A stretch of 63,634 nucleotides of DNA, the filler included, from Octopus bimaculoides (taxonomy: Eukaryota): NCBI RefSeq assembly GCF_001194135.2. It is 4 parts of 3 records of this genome, joined end to end, with 100 filler letters (N's around TTAATTAATTAA, not from the genome) between each part and the next. Parts side by side here need not be neighbours in the genome. Positions count along the whole stretch, not along the records: positions 5,737 to 22,754 come from NC_069007.1; 3 more parts are not named here. The stretch is one strand, 5' to 3'. Below the pieces are notes generated by a model. It did no database searches. It saw only the letters and a list, made by a program, of their open reading frames with translations, and had not been told where the DNA came from. The position numbers and the translations under genes were made by a program. This document shows, one piece after another, positions 13,011 through 22,854 of the stretch (within the stretch, counting starts at the first letter, position 1; every line of letters starts with the position of its first letter).

Positions 13011-14599
13011 ACGATGGCTTCAGACCCGTGTTCGAGTATTGCTGTCGCCTGATCGAAAGTCCCACACATGCCAAGGCTACGACCAGCCATTTTTTGTGAT
13101 ATGTCTTACTTTTTTCAATGATGCCTATGCATGATGATATTTTCACTAATCTAAAACTAATCTAAAACTAATCTCTGAACCTGAACAACATAAACTCGAA
13201 AAGAAGAACTAATCTACGTCATCGAATATTGTTGGTGTTGCAGGTTTTCTCTCAGAGTTTCCCTTTCCTAGAGAGATGTTGTGACAACAGCAAAGGGACC
13301 CCTCCACTCCCAGTGACTTTTACCTGAGAATGTACCTTAAGAAAGCAAAAATATAAAATAAAGAATTTGGATGAGTGAATAAAACAAAGCATTTGGATGA
13401 GTGAATAATAGTTTAGATAGGGTAACAATATCTCGTATGCTCTTTTTGTTTATAACAGTAAGGTGTAATTTGAGGTAGTTTTATTTGCTATTTCTAACAG
13501 GTCAGGAGACTTCTCTCTTTGGCACATAAATTCTTTTGTCTTTTATTTCTGTAGGTAACCAAAGCCCAACTGACAATCGTCAAAGATGCTTGCAAGGGTA
13601 CACTGAGAACAAACTGTAGTAAAGTCCAAACAGAGTTTAATGTTGCTGTATCGACTGTAACAATGTCCGACCTACAGAAACCCCTATATTCCGGATTGGT
13701 AATGAGCTTGTTTATCTTGAACTTACAAACGCCAATCCCAGTCAATAAACAACAGCAAGCAGTTTACTGGGTCCAACATATCAACTCANNNNNNNNNNNN
13801 NNNNNNNNNNNNNNNNNNNNNNNNNNNNNNNNNNNNNNNNNNNNNNNNNNNNNNNNNNNNNNNNNNNNNNNNNNNNNNNNNNNNNNNNNNNNNNNNNNNN
13901 NNNNNNNNNNNNNNNNNNNNNNNNNNNNNNNNNNNNNNNNNNNNNNNNNNNNNNNNNNNNNNNNNNNNNNNNNNNNNNNNNNNNNNNNNNNNNNNNNNNN
14001 NNNNNNNNNNNNNNNNNNNNNNNNNNNNNNNNNNNNNNNNNNNNNNNNNNNNNNNNNNNNNNNNNNNNNNNNNNNNNNNNNNNNNNNNNNNNNNNNNNNN
14101 NNNNNNNNNNNNNNNNNNNNNNNNNNNNNNNNNNNNNNNNNNNNNNNNNNNNNNNNNNNNNNNNNNNNNNNNNNNNNNNNNNNNNNNNNNNNNNNNNNNN
14201 NNNNNNNNNNNNNNNNNNNNNNNNNNNNNNNNNNNNNNNNNNNNNNNNNNNNNNNNNNNNNNNNNATATATATATATATCATGGCACTCCCACATTCTTC
14301 TTCTTCTTATTCCCTACCAAGAATTCACAACGATCTCGAACCCACGAGAGTAAACAAGAGAGACAGAGAAAGGCAGAAGCAAGGAAAATGTCCCCTTGTA
14401 TTTGAATACTATGCAAGTATTCTTTTAAAAAAAACTTTTCTTTTAATTTTTCCAAAATTCAATTGTTCTCCATACTTACAGTTGAAAAAGTCTCAATGAC
14501 TGAAACCGGTACTGAAATGGTTTTTATAAAATTATTTTAGCATTTTTTACCTTGACTTTTTCTTCCATATATATACATATATATATATATATATATCCA

Positions 14600-15190
14600 A
14601 ACACATCATATGTCCAAACCAACACAGTCCCCTATTTTCCACAATTCATGTCTCTTCTCCTTCCACGTGTTCCATCCATTTTAAGCGACAGGCACTTCTT
14701 TATGCAACTGTCTTCGTCCAAGCACATCACATGTCCAAACCAACACAGTCCCCTCTTTTCCACACTTCTTTTTATATCTAATTTTTTCTCAATACACAAG
14801 TACTTTATCATACATGCACTCTGATGTGTTCCATCCATTTTAAGCGACAGGCACTTCTTTATGCAACTGTCTTCCTCTATACACATCGCATGTCCAAACC
14901 AACACAGTCCCCTCTTTTCCACACTTCTTCTTATGTCTAATTTTTTCTCAGTACACAAGTACTTTATCATCCATGCACACTGATGTTGAACATCCAACAG
15001 AGCACACTAACCCTAACCCTAACTTCATTCCTCTCTAGTCTTCGGATGTCCTTTTCATTCATGGCCCATTTTTCACTACCATGTAGCATCGCTGTTCATA
15101 CATAATAATCTTACAGTCTGCATTTTTTTTGCAGAGAGATCTTTTGTTGCCAGAAAGTGTAATGGCTCTCTGAACTTTCTCCATCCTATT
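14600..15190 (-). mobile_element. RTE-clade LINE 3' fragment with an internal 159-bp tandem duplication
   Basis: RGLCWFGHVM...KKCLSL..DGTRGR present twice; an upstream TAMLHGSE.WA-like motif. Units start at 14667 and 14826. Confidence 0.75.
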
Positions 15191-15295
15191 TTTATTCTAG
15201 CAGTTATACTTCAATGACAATCAAATACTTAAATTTAACAAGAATTTAATATTTACAGATTCATAAACATAAGTTTGTTTTAAATATTTTTCCAG

Positions 15296-15853
15296 ATTGC
15301 GCCAGTGCCCAAATCGACCTTGTTTTCGTTATTGATTCATCCGGAAGTGTTAAAAAACCTAACTTCGAGAAAACAAAAACTTTCTTGCAAAATATTGTAA
15401 CTAATCTAGACATTGGTCCAGATACGACACGTGTTTCTGTTATTAGATTCTCAGATGAACCCGATATACCATTTGGGTTAGGAACCTACAACACGAAAAC
15501 TGCAATAATGAAAGCTATTAGCGATATAGAGTACATTGATGGGAACACTTTCACACACTTGGCGCTTGATAAAGCACGTAACAACGTTTTTACGAGTACA
15601 AGAAAATCTGTTGCTTCCAAAGTTTTAGTGTTGGTAACTGACGGAAAGTCAGAGAGTGAAAATAAAACAGTAGCGGCAGCTGAAGAACTGAAAGATAATG
15701 GCGTCACTATATTTACAATTGGAGTTGTCAATCCACTTGTATCTGAGTTAATTGCATCAGCAAGTGAACCCAGTTGTACACATTTCATCAACTTGAAAGA
15801 TTATAATGAAATTAGTTTTATTGTGAAGGAAATTCAATCTGATTCCTGTAAAG
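15296..15853 (+). CDS. Internal coding exon: complete von Willebrand factor A (VWA) domain, phase 1-1
   Basis: Acceptor ttttccAG (15294-95), donor GTAAGT (15854). The 558 nt read (D)CASAQIDLVFVIDSSGSVKK...RVSVIRFS...GNTFTHLAL...KVLVLVTDGKS...GVTIFTIGV...SEPSCTHF...DSCK. MIDAS DSSGS is at 15334-15348, with conserved T and TDG. Matrilin/collagen-type VWA. Confidence 0.95.
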
Positions 15854-16061
15854 GTAAGTCTGATATCAAATAACTTTCATTATCAGTGGTGGTGGGGTGG
15901 TGGTATCCCTGTCCTTTGTCATTTCCTCTGTGAGGTACGTATATCATATTACATTACATTATATTATATTATATTATAGTTTCGTATATTTATATTATAT
16001 TATATTTTGTTTTATTTGATTGCTATGCTGTGCCTTCCTAAACGTCACCTTCTATTTCCAG

Positions 16062-16186
16062 CTCCGACCGTTGTTCAAAAAGAAACTCCGTTACTTAATA
16101 TTACCATTCCAAAAACTAACGAGACAAAACAACAAGTCCTGCAGGTCACCAACACGACTAAGTCCACCTTGGGTACAACAGTTCTG
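16062..16186 (+). CDS. Exon A1 of repeat module 1 (phase 1-0)
   Basis: tctatttccAG acceptor, GTAAGA donor. Reads APTVVQKETPLLNITIPKTNETKQQVLQVTNTTKSTLGTTVL. In frame with flanking exons and paralogous to exon 18854-18975. Confidence 0.88.
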
Positions 16187-16445
16187 GTAAGACGAATATT
16201 CTAAGAATAATATATACTGAATTGTGTTTTACTGTTTTTATGGATGATTGACAAAGAAGGGAGAGTGCCCATAAACCTCTCGGTCCTTCCAGGCCTAGAT
16301 GGTCACATTCTTATTAGTGACGTTTTATTGGGACATTTATGGTTGCAAGATAAATGTGGACAAAGGAGGGAATGAGTTCACATTGGGTGATTGAAGAAAG
16401 GATTCGGCATACTGGTTAGTACAGGAAAAATAGGGTCTAGTCATG

Positions 16446-16622
16446 GATTGTGCAATGAGGTGGATAGAGGTGTGTGTGTGTGGCATTTACTTTGGAGGGG
16501 ATGATATGCAAATGGCTAGTTCCGAAAAGACGATGTTGTGGTTGTGGTAATGGTAGAAGAGGCAATAGGAGGAGAAAGTGGGTTTATGGGACAAAGTTTG
16601 GAATCCTTTTCTAAATAAAACA
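16446..16622 (-). repeat. Left arm of intronic inverted repeat
   Basis: Reverse complement matches 19915-20089 with 7 substitutions and one 2-nt indel (manual alignment). Confidence 0.92.
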
Positions 16623-16735
16623 GCCAAATGAAGTCAGGGGTACCGTATATGTCGTGCCCATTTTGTTTTCCACTGAGTGTCTGTCCAGTTTCGTATGGTC
16701 ATTGTGTATGTTATATCTGCTGTTGTTTTCTGCAG

Positions 16736-16970
16736 GCGAGTGTCCAGTGTGGTGTGGTCAATGTATATGCTTCATTTAGCAGCAATTATCCTAATGAAGC
16801 CGACTACGACTACAAGACTTTGGCAACTGATGATCAGCCAGGGAAATTATTTCTTGTACAAAAATCAGAACTTGAGAAGCTTGCACTTAATGTCCTTTCC
16901 CAAAAACGATTCGATCTCAATTCCTCAGCCTGTGACAATCCTTCCTACAACATCAGCATCAACCCAACAG
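16736..16970 (+). CDS. Exon B1 of repeat module 1 (phase 0-1)
   Basis: ttttctgcAG acceptor, GTAAGC donor. Reads ASVQCGVVNVYASFSSNYPNEADYDYKT...SACDNPSYNISINPT. 37/79 aa identical to exon B2. Confidence 0.92.
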
Positions 16971-17057
16971 GTAAGCTACTTTATTTTCTTTTAAACATTG
17001 TTCCATAATCTTTATATCTTTCACGTAAGGACAGTAAATTACGGAATAATCAGTGGA

Positions 17058-17265
17058 CCCTTTAGCATTTAAACTGGCCATATCCGGCCAAAATATTCTA
17101 CCTGTTTATGTTCAAACTTTCAAGTTGTGGCCACTTACTCCTACCCTACAATGTCATTCTAAAAATATACAATTACATCATCGAAATTTCAAAGCTATGA
17201 GATATTACAGGATTAATTTGAAGCAATATGAATAAATAAATGTTAAATTCAAGAGGATAATCTGT
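17058..17265. mobile_element. Degenerate piggyBac-like MITE in intron
   Basis: Begins CCCTTTAGCATT, a piggyBac-type terminus. The right end is eroded and no intact TTAA TSD was seen. Confidence 0.45.
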
Positions 17266-17816
17266 AAGTTCATCTAGAAAATAAAATGAATCAGGCCTAC
17301 AAGAACAGACCACTAAGTAAATTCTAATCTGCTACAGTGCAACTGCATTGGTGACCAGGTCACCCTTGGACAACAGATATATTAACATCTCCAAAAATTA
17401 ATGGAAATTGAAATAAACTATTTTGTAACTATTTTAAATTACTAAAATATTTCGCGATGGTGTAATTATTGTTGTTACATCTAGTGGAGCCCTTCCCTCT
17501 GGATTTATTCACCAATCTAATTTTCAAGGTTTGGTTGGGAAGTTCACCAACCAAAGCCAACACTATTCTAAACTACAACCTCAACACCACTCCCCCAACA
17601 CTAGTAAGTACTACTACCGCCACCAACACTCACATCACCACGACTAACACCAACACTACTAACATACCACAACGGCAAACACTACTACTACCGCTACCAC
17701 TCAACAGAACACACACACACATAATATATATCTAACTATAACTATGTTTAGATGTGCTCACTACCAATGGAAGCTCTGTCTATTCCTGCTCTAACATTTG
17801 TCTTTCTCTATCACAG

Positions 17817-17900
17817 CACCCAGAATTGAAGCGGCTTGCATCGTAAAACATGTCAATAGCTCATGTACTGCAAAGCAACTCGACTCTGCATGTTACAACA
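17817..17900 (+). CDS. Exon C1 of repeat module 1 (84 nt, phase 1-1, three Cys)
   Basis: tttctctatcacAG acceptor, GTAAGT donor. Reads APRIEAACIVKHVNSSCTAKQLDSACYN. Same length and Cys spacing as exon 21139-21222. Confidence 0.85.
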
Positions 17901-18340
17901 GTAAGTACTTACATGTTTTTAGCCCCTAAACATTACCTTCTCCTTCGGTATTATTACGGGTACACATAATCCAGAGGCTTACAAGTTCACAATCTATGTC
18001 TACAGACCTTTAGCCGTGCATTGAGGGCAGGGCCTCAGGCTAAGATCAAACTTTGTTGAAGAGACCATGGAAGAATTCATTTAAATAATAAGGGGTTCTT
18101 GGTTGTAAAGTAGTTATGAGGAACCGACATAATGCTTCAATGTTAGACCTCTTCAAATGCACAGTTTAAATCCCCACACCCTTGACCCCTGGGTACCATT
18201 AATGTAGACGCTAAGCATTTCTTTTGTCTGAGACCAACACCATATATTGATATGGTTTTCCTTCCTATAGCACCTTCCATTTCGTAATTGCACTGCTTGC
18301 TGGTAGGTGTGTTGTACAAGGGAACCACATAAACTGAACG

Positions 18341-18376
<36 letters not shown>

Positions 18377-18744
18377 NNNNNNNNNNNNNNNNNNNNNNNN
18401 NNNNNNNNNNNNNNNNNNNNNNNNNNNNNNNNNNNNNNNNNNNNNNNNNNNNNNNNNNNNNNNNNNNNNNNNNNNNNNNNNNNNNNNNNNNNNNNNNNNN
18501 NNNNNNNNNNNNNNNNNNNNNNNNNNNNNNNNNNNNNNNNNNNNNNNNNNNNNNNNNNNNNNNNNNNNNNNNNNNNNNNNNNNNNNNNNNNNNNNNNNNN
18601 NNNNNNNNNNNNNNNNNNNNNNNNNNNNNNNNNNNNNNNNNNNNNNNNNNNNNNNNNNNNNNNNNNNNNNNNNNNNNNNNNNNNNNNNNNNNNNNNNNNN
18701 NNNNNNNNNNNNNNNNNNNNNNNNNNNNNNNNNNNNNNNNNNNN

Positions 18745-18793
<49 letters not shown>

Positions 18794-18853
18794 TATGTAT
18801 GTATGTTTATGTCATTTTGCGTCTTTTTTGTAAATGACGTATTCTGTTTGCAG

Positions 18854-18975
18854 CGACACCTGTTGTTGGTGAAGTCAGTCAATTGTATAATAACAGTATT
18901 CTCAAGAATGGCCAAATACAAGAACAAGTTTTGGAAATCAGCAACAGTACAGATTCTTCAGGAAGTACGATTCTG
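18854..18975 (+). CDS. Exon A2 of repeat module 2 (phase 1-0)
   Basis: ttctgtttgcAG acceptor, GTAAGA donor. Reads TTPVVGEVSQLYNNSILKNGQIQEQVLEISNSTDSSGSTIL. Shares QVL...T.L and the CTG/GTAAGACGA junction with A1. Confidence 0.88.
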
Positions 18976-19667
18976 GTAAGACGATCTTTCTTCAAAATAC
19001 CGCTACGTTTCTCTTTTTATTTTATGGTCATGTAATTAGTCACATGTACTGGTAGGGGTGGGGTCAACTCCCACAAACCTCGTTGCCCCACCGAAATCTG
19101 TCAGATTCATCTGAATGATTTTCTGTTTGTGCCTGTTTTAGATAAAGGGTTCGAGTGTAAGACTTAATAGGGGAAACGTAAGGGTGAGATCCAGAAGGGG
19201 TGATGAGAAGGGGAGTGATTGGTGGGACTGTAAACTTCTGAGGAGACTAGATACAGGTGGGCCTTATTATGCAAGTCATATTGGTGATCCTTGAAGAGGG
19301 AGAAGGATTTAAGATGCTAGGAGAAGATGAATTGTTAATGATTGTCTCCACATCACGTCTGAATTGTTGGAATTGTAGGAAATAGGTCCTTAATTGGTGG
19401 GGCTAAAGAAATGGTATTCCCAGAAATGGAGAAGGATTTCTTTTGAATTGGAAAGTTCAGTAAAGTGACTGGGTGGCACAGGGGTATAAAGTTTGAGGGT
19501 AATGGAAGGGATATTGACAGGGCGAGACAGTATATTGGTAGGAAGATATCTTTGACCAGTGTCCGAAGTTCATCATGTATGTTATATCTTTGCTGTTCTG
19601 ACCAGGTGAGTACCCAGTGTGCCGNNNNNNNNNNTCATGTATGTTATATCTTTGCTGTTCTGACCAG

Positions 19668-19905
19668 GTGAGTACCCAGTGTGCCGAAGTCACTGTGTAT
19701 GGTGCCTTTAACAACAGTTATCCCATTGAAGCTGACCACGACTACAAAACGTCTGCAACGGATAAGAATCCTGGTAAAGTAATAATTGATGCGAGAGAAT
19801 CACAAACTGATAATTTTACACTGACTGTCTTCTCTAAGAGACAATATGGCCCGAACTCTCCAGCTTGTGACCATCCCTCCTATGCAGTCAGCATCAAACC
19901 AAACG
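19668..19905 (+). CDS. Exon B2 of repeat module 2 (phase 0-1)
   Basis: ctgttctgaccAG acceptor, GTAAGA donor. Reads VSTQCAEVTVYGAFNNSYPIEADHDYKT...SPACDHPSYAVSIKPN. Confidence 0.92.
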
Positions 19906-19914
19906 GTAAGAAAA

Positions 19915-20089
19915 TGTTTTATTTAGAAAAGGATTCCAAACTTTGTCCCATAAACCCACTTTCTCATCCTATTGCCTCTTCTACTATTACCACAACCACA
20001 ACATCGTCTTTTCGGAATTAGCTATTTGCATATCATCCCTTCCAAAGTAAATGCGACACATACACCTCTATCCACCTCATTGCACAATC
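19915..20089 (+). repeat. Right arm of intronic inverted repeat, starting 10 nt into the intron after exon B2
   Basis: tgttttatttagaaaaggattcc...tgcacaatc is the reverse complement of 16446-16622. Confidence 0.92.
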
Positions 20090-20380
20090 TTATTCTACGT
20101 TCTGTATGCTTAGAGGAGTGTATACATACATACATGTGTATATAGAATCTATATACACATATAGACAACAGCAACAACAGCTGTGGCGGCAATTACACCT
20201 GCAGCGACTCAAACGGCGGCAATAGAAATACCAATAGCTACAGTATCATCAGCAATGCATCGGGCAGGGGCAGCAACAGGGGCCTTGTTGACGGGCACTG
20301 TGACAGGAGCAACAGCATTCCCAGGAACGGGTTTAGCAGTGACAACAGCATCAGCAGAGAAAGCGACAGTTACAACAGCA

Positions 20381-20485
20381 GCTGTAACACCACCAGCTGT
20401 AACACCACCAGCTGTAACACCACCAGCTGTAACACCACCAGCTGTAACACCACCAGCTGTAACACCACCAGCTGTAACACCACCA
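20381..20485 (+). repeat. Perfect minisatellite, 7 x 15 bp (gctgtaacaccacca)
   Basis: Direct reading; encodes AVTPP x7 or SCNTT x7 depending on frame. Confidence 0.95.
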
Positions 20486-20487
20486 GT

Positions 20488-20830
20488 ATAAGCACACAGG
20501 CACGGAAATATAGCAGTTCTACAGGCGGCTCTTCAAACATCCTCTTACCAACAAAGGTCCTCTTTTGGGATATCATAGAGCTGCAACATCAGAGAGATCC
20601 CAGTAACGTATGACATTTAAATGAAGACGTTACGCTATACATACTTAAATGGAGGGTCCTAGAACAACCGGGTCTATGCCTCGACGGGAGCATACGATGT
20701 AAGCTTTGCTTTGTCCGAAGGACTAAGAATCCTGAAAAACTCTCATGACTCGGAGACCGTTTTAAACTCTAAAACAGAAATATTTACTCAGTACTCTCAT
20801 CAGAGGAAATTAGTGTTGGAAACTCCGAAT
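20488..20830 (+). mobile_element. Penelope-like GIY-YIG endonuclease remnant
   Basis: Broken frames give LKWRVLE...RCKLC..E.LRIL...VLNSKTEIF....H.RK.VL, matching the W.IL...C.LCL.EK..IL...LLN.R.E....C.H pattern. Confidence 0.55.
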
Positions 20831-21138
20831 TCCCTATTTCCTAACTATGGAAATGCTACCACCATCAGATGAATTCGACAGGGGTCATGAACGAATATAA
20901 CTGAATCCGAACTAAAAGGAATAACTCCGCTCTGCCCAATGTTTTGCCAGTTGAGTTTCTTCTTGAATGTTTTGTTCACAAAATTAACTGACCAATCAAG
21001 TTTATCTCCATCCAGTTGTTGAGAGGTTATGTGCCTCCGGCTATTTGAGTCTTACAAGTCTAACGTTTTAGAATGTGTCACTTTTCACACTTATGAACTA
21101 CTGACCAATATCTATCTATCTATCTATCTTTTGTACAG

Positions 21139-21222
21139 ATCCCACACTTGAAGTAGTTTGCCATCGAAAACAAGATGAAAGACATTGTACTCCTGTAGAA
21201 TCTGAGTCTAAATGTTCTAAAT
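21139..21222 (+). CDS. Exon C2 of repeat module 2 (84 nt, phase 1-1)
   Basis: cttttgtacAG acceptor, GTAAGT donor. Reads DPTLEVVCHRKQDERHCTPVESESKCSK, with three Cys aligned to C1. Confidence 0.85.
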
Positions 21223-21687
21223 GTAAGTAATACAAACTTTTAATCTCCAAATTTCACCTCTTTTTTGATTGCTTCCTCTTTGTTTGTTTGCCTATTTTTT
21301 GTGTGTGTTCTTGCTACACACAATGCATCAATGTTAGAACTCTTCAATTGCCCACATTAAACCCCACTACCTGGCTCTTGTGCGTTTTTACTGGAATCCT
21401 TTCTGTTTGTAACATTTAGTTGATGTCTCCAGTCTGCTAAATAACTTGATGTCTCCATACATTAATTCCTGTTGATTCTTCCATTGCATAGTTCCAGTGT
21501 TTATACAATGGTGCCAGAGACAGAAGTGGGTCGTTAGTGAAGACTCGCCTAACACTAGAATAAAAAATAAAAAATAGATCAACAAAATTTTCTTTTTAAT
21601 AAAACCATTTTTTTACTCTGTGACTAATTTCTTAGAGAAAATTACTTACATGCTGACATAACATAGAAATCTTTGTAATTCTTATAG

Positions 21688-21779
21688 ATGTTTACGGATT
21701 CTTTGCCATCAAATTTGATTGCAAAGATTTCAAATTTGGTGGCAAAGAATCCGAACTAGATCGAAAACATTTATATTAG
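21688..21779 (+). CDS. Candidate alternative terminal exon T1 (30 aa, hydrophilic)
   Basis: ttcttatAG acceptor. In phase with C2 it reads YVYGFFAIKFDCKDFKFGGKESELDRKHLY*. AATAAA at 21803-21808. Confidence 0.55.
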
Positions 21780-21802
21780 CAAATGAAACATGAGTGACGG
21801 AG

Positions 21803-21808
21803 AATAAA
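21803..21808 (+). promoter_or_regulatory. Candidate polyadenylation signal for T1
   Basis: AATAAA 24 nt downstream of the T1 stop. AT-rich context lowers specificity. Confidence 0.4.
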
Positions 21809-21983
21809 TGTAAACCCAAAATTTCCACTTTCCTGTTTTATATACACATACATATATACATACATACAAATTCGTAGGAGAGGTCCTCTCAAGGTGAATA
21901 CTGGCATATTCAGTATTCTAACTTAAAAATCCACATTGAGTTGGATATACCAATACTGCTTCTGTCACTTATATAATTTTATT

Positions 21984-22075
<92 letters not shown>

Positions 22076-22147
22076 TACACCCATCCATATGCATACACAC
22101 ATTCATACATATATAATAAATGTATTTATATCTTTTATATTTTTCAG

Positions 22148-22338
22148 TGACCACAATGCATACAATAACAGCAATTGATGTTGCAGTCACAGCGAAAGAT
22201 GTTGCAGTCAAAGCAACTGATGTTGCAGTCACACCGACTGGTGTTGCAGTCACACCGACTGGTGTTGCAGTTACTAAACAACTTTCCATAAATGCATGGA
22301 TTTATGCTGGACTCTTACTTGTTTGGCAAATGGCTTGA
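22148..22338 (+). CDS. Terminal exon T2: Thr/Val-rich repeat stalk plus hydrophobic GPI-signal-like C-terminus
   Basis: Strong acceptor cttttatatttttcAG. In phase with C2 it reads [17 protein letters not shown]...[25 protein letters not shown]. Confidence 0.75.
22177..22281 (+). repeat. Coding minisatellite, 5 x 21 bp ([D/G]VAVTxx)
   Basis: Unit gatgttgcagtcacaccgact and variants; the period of 21 preserves frame. Confidence 0.9.
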
Positions 22339-22854
22339 TCAGAAGCAACGACCAGCTATAACTGCTACCAATACCAATGAACTGTTATAGACTCATACAA
22401 ACACATCTATACATACATATATGTATATATATGCACAGATATACAGTCCACTTCCTCCCTTCACCATCCTCTCTGCTCTCGTGTGACCTGTGGTCAACTT
22501 TCTTTTCACTCCAGCCGCTGTGAAGGCAAGACGAACTACTAGCGTTCTACCTCAGATTTGCGTTTGGCCGTACGGCTTTTGAATGTTGTTTTCACTGTCC
22601 AATTTTTCCTGTCTTGGTTTGTGTTTGCCACCTTGGAAACCTCTGTGTAGTGGGTTGATCCATTACTCAGGAAGAGACTATTCTAGAGTACGTTCTGTCT
22701 TATCTTCGAAACGTCTAGATAGAATAGAGACAGCTGATGAAGGGATATTCCAAGNNNNNNNNNNNNNNNNNNNNNNNNNNNNNNNNNNNNNNNNNNNNTT
22801 AATTAATTAANNNNNNNNNNNNNNNNNNNNNNNNNNNNNNNNNNNNNNNNNNNN

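Noticed and set aside
15007-15023. CTAACCCTAACCCTAAC telomere-like repeat
   Set aside because: Fewer than three units inside an RTE fragment; too short to call an interstitial telomere.
19573-19686. 52-bp direct repeat (19573-19624 = 19635-19686) duplicating the exon B2 acceptor
   Set aside because: Exact copies either side of a 10-N gap: an unmerged contig overlap.
19906-20021. Read-through of exon B2 into the intron (GKKMFY...SSFRN*)
   Set aside because: A canonical GTAAGA donor lies at the position homologous to the B1 donor, and the read-through is inverted-repeat sequence.
22174-22277. Alternative frame of T2 reading [20 protein letters not shown], a Cys-rich or selenoprotein-like pattern
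   Set aside because: Out of phase with exon C2, interrupted by stops, and no SECIS evidence; a by-product of the 21-bp repeat.
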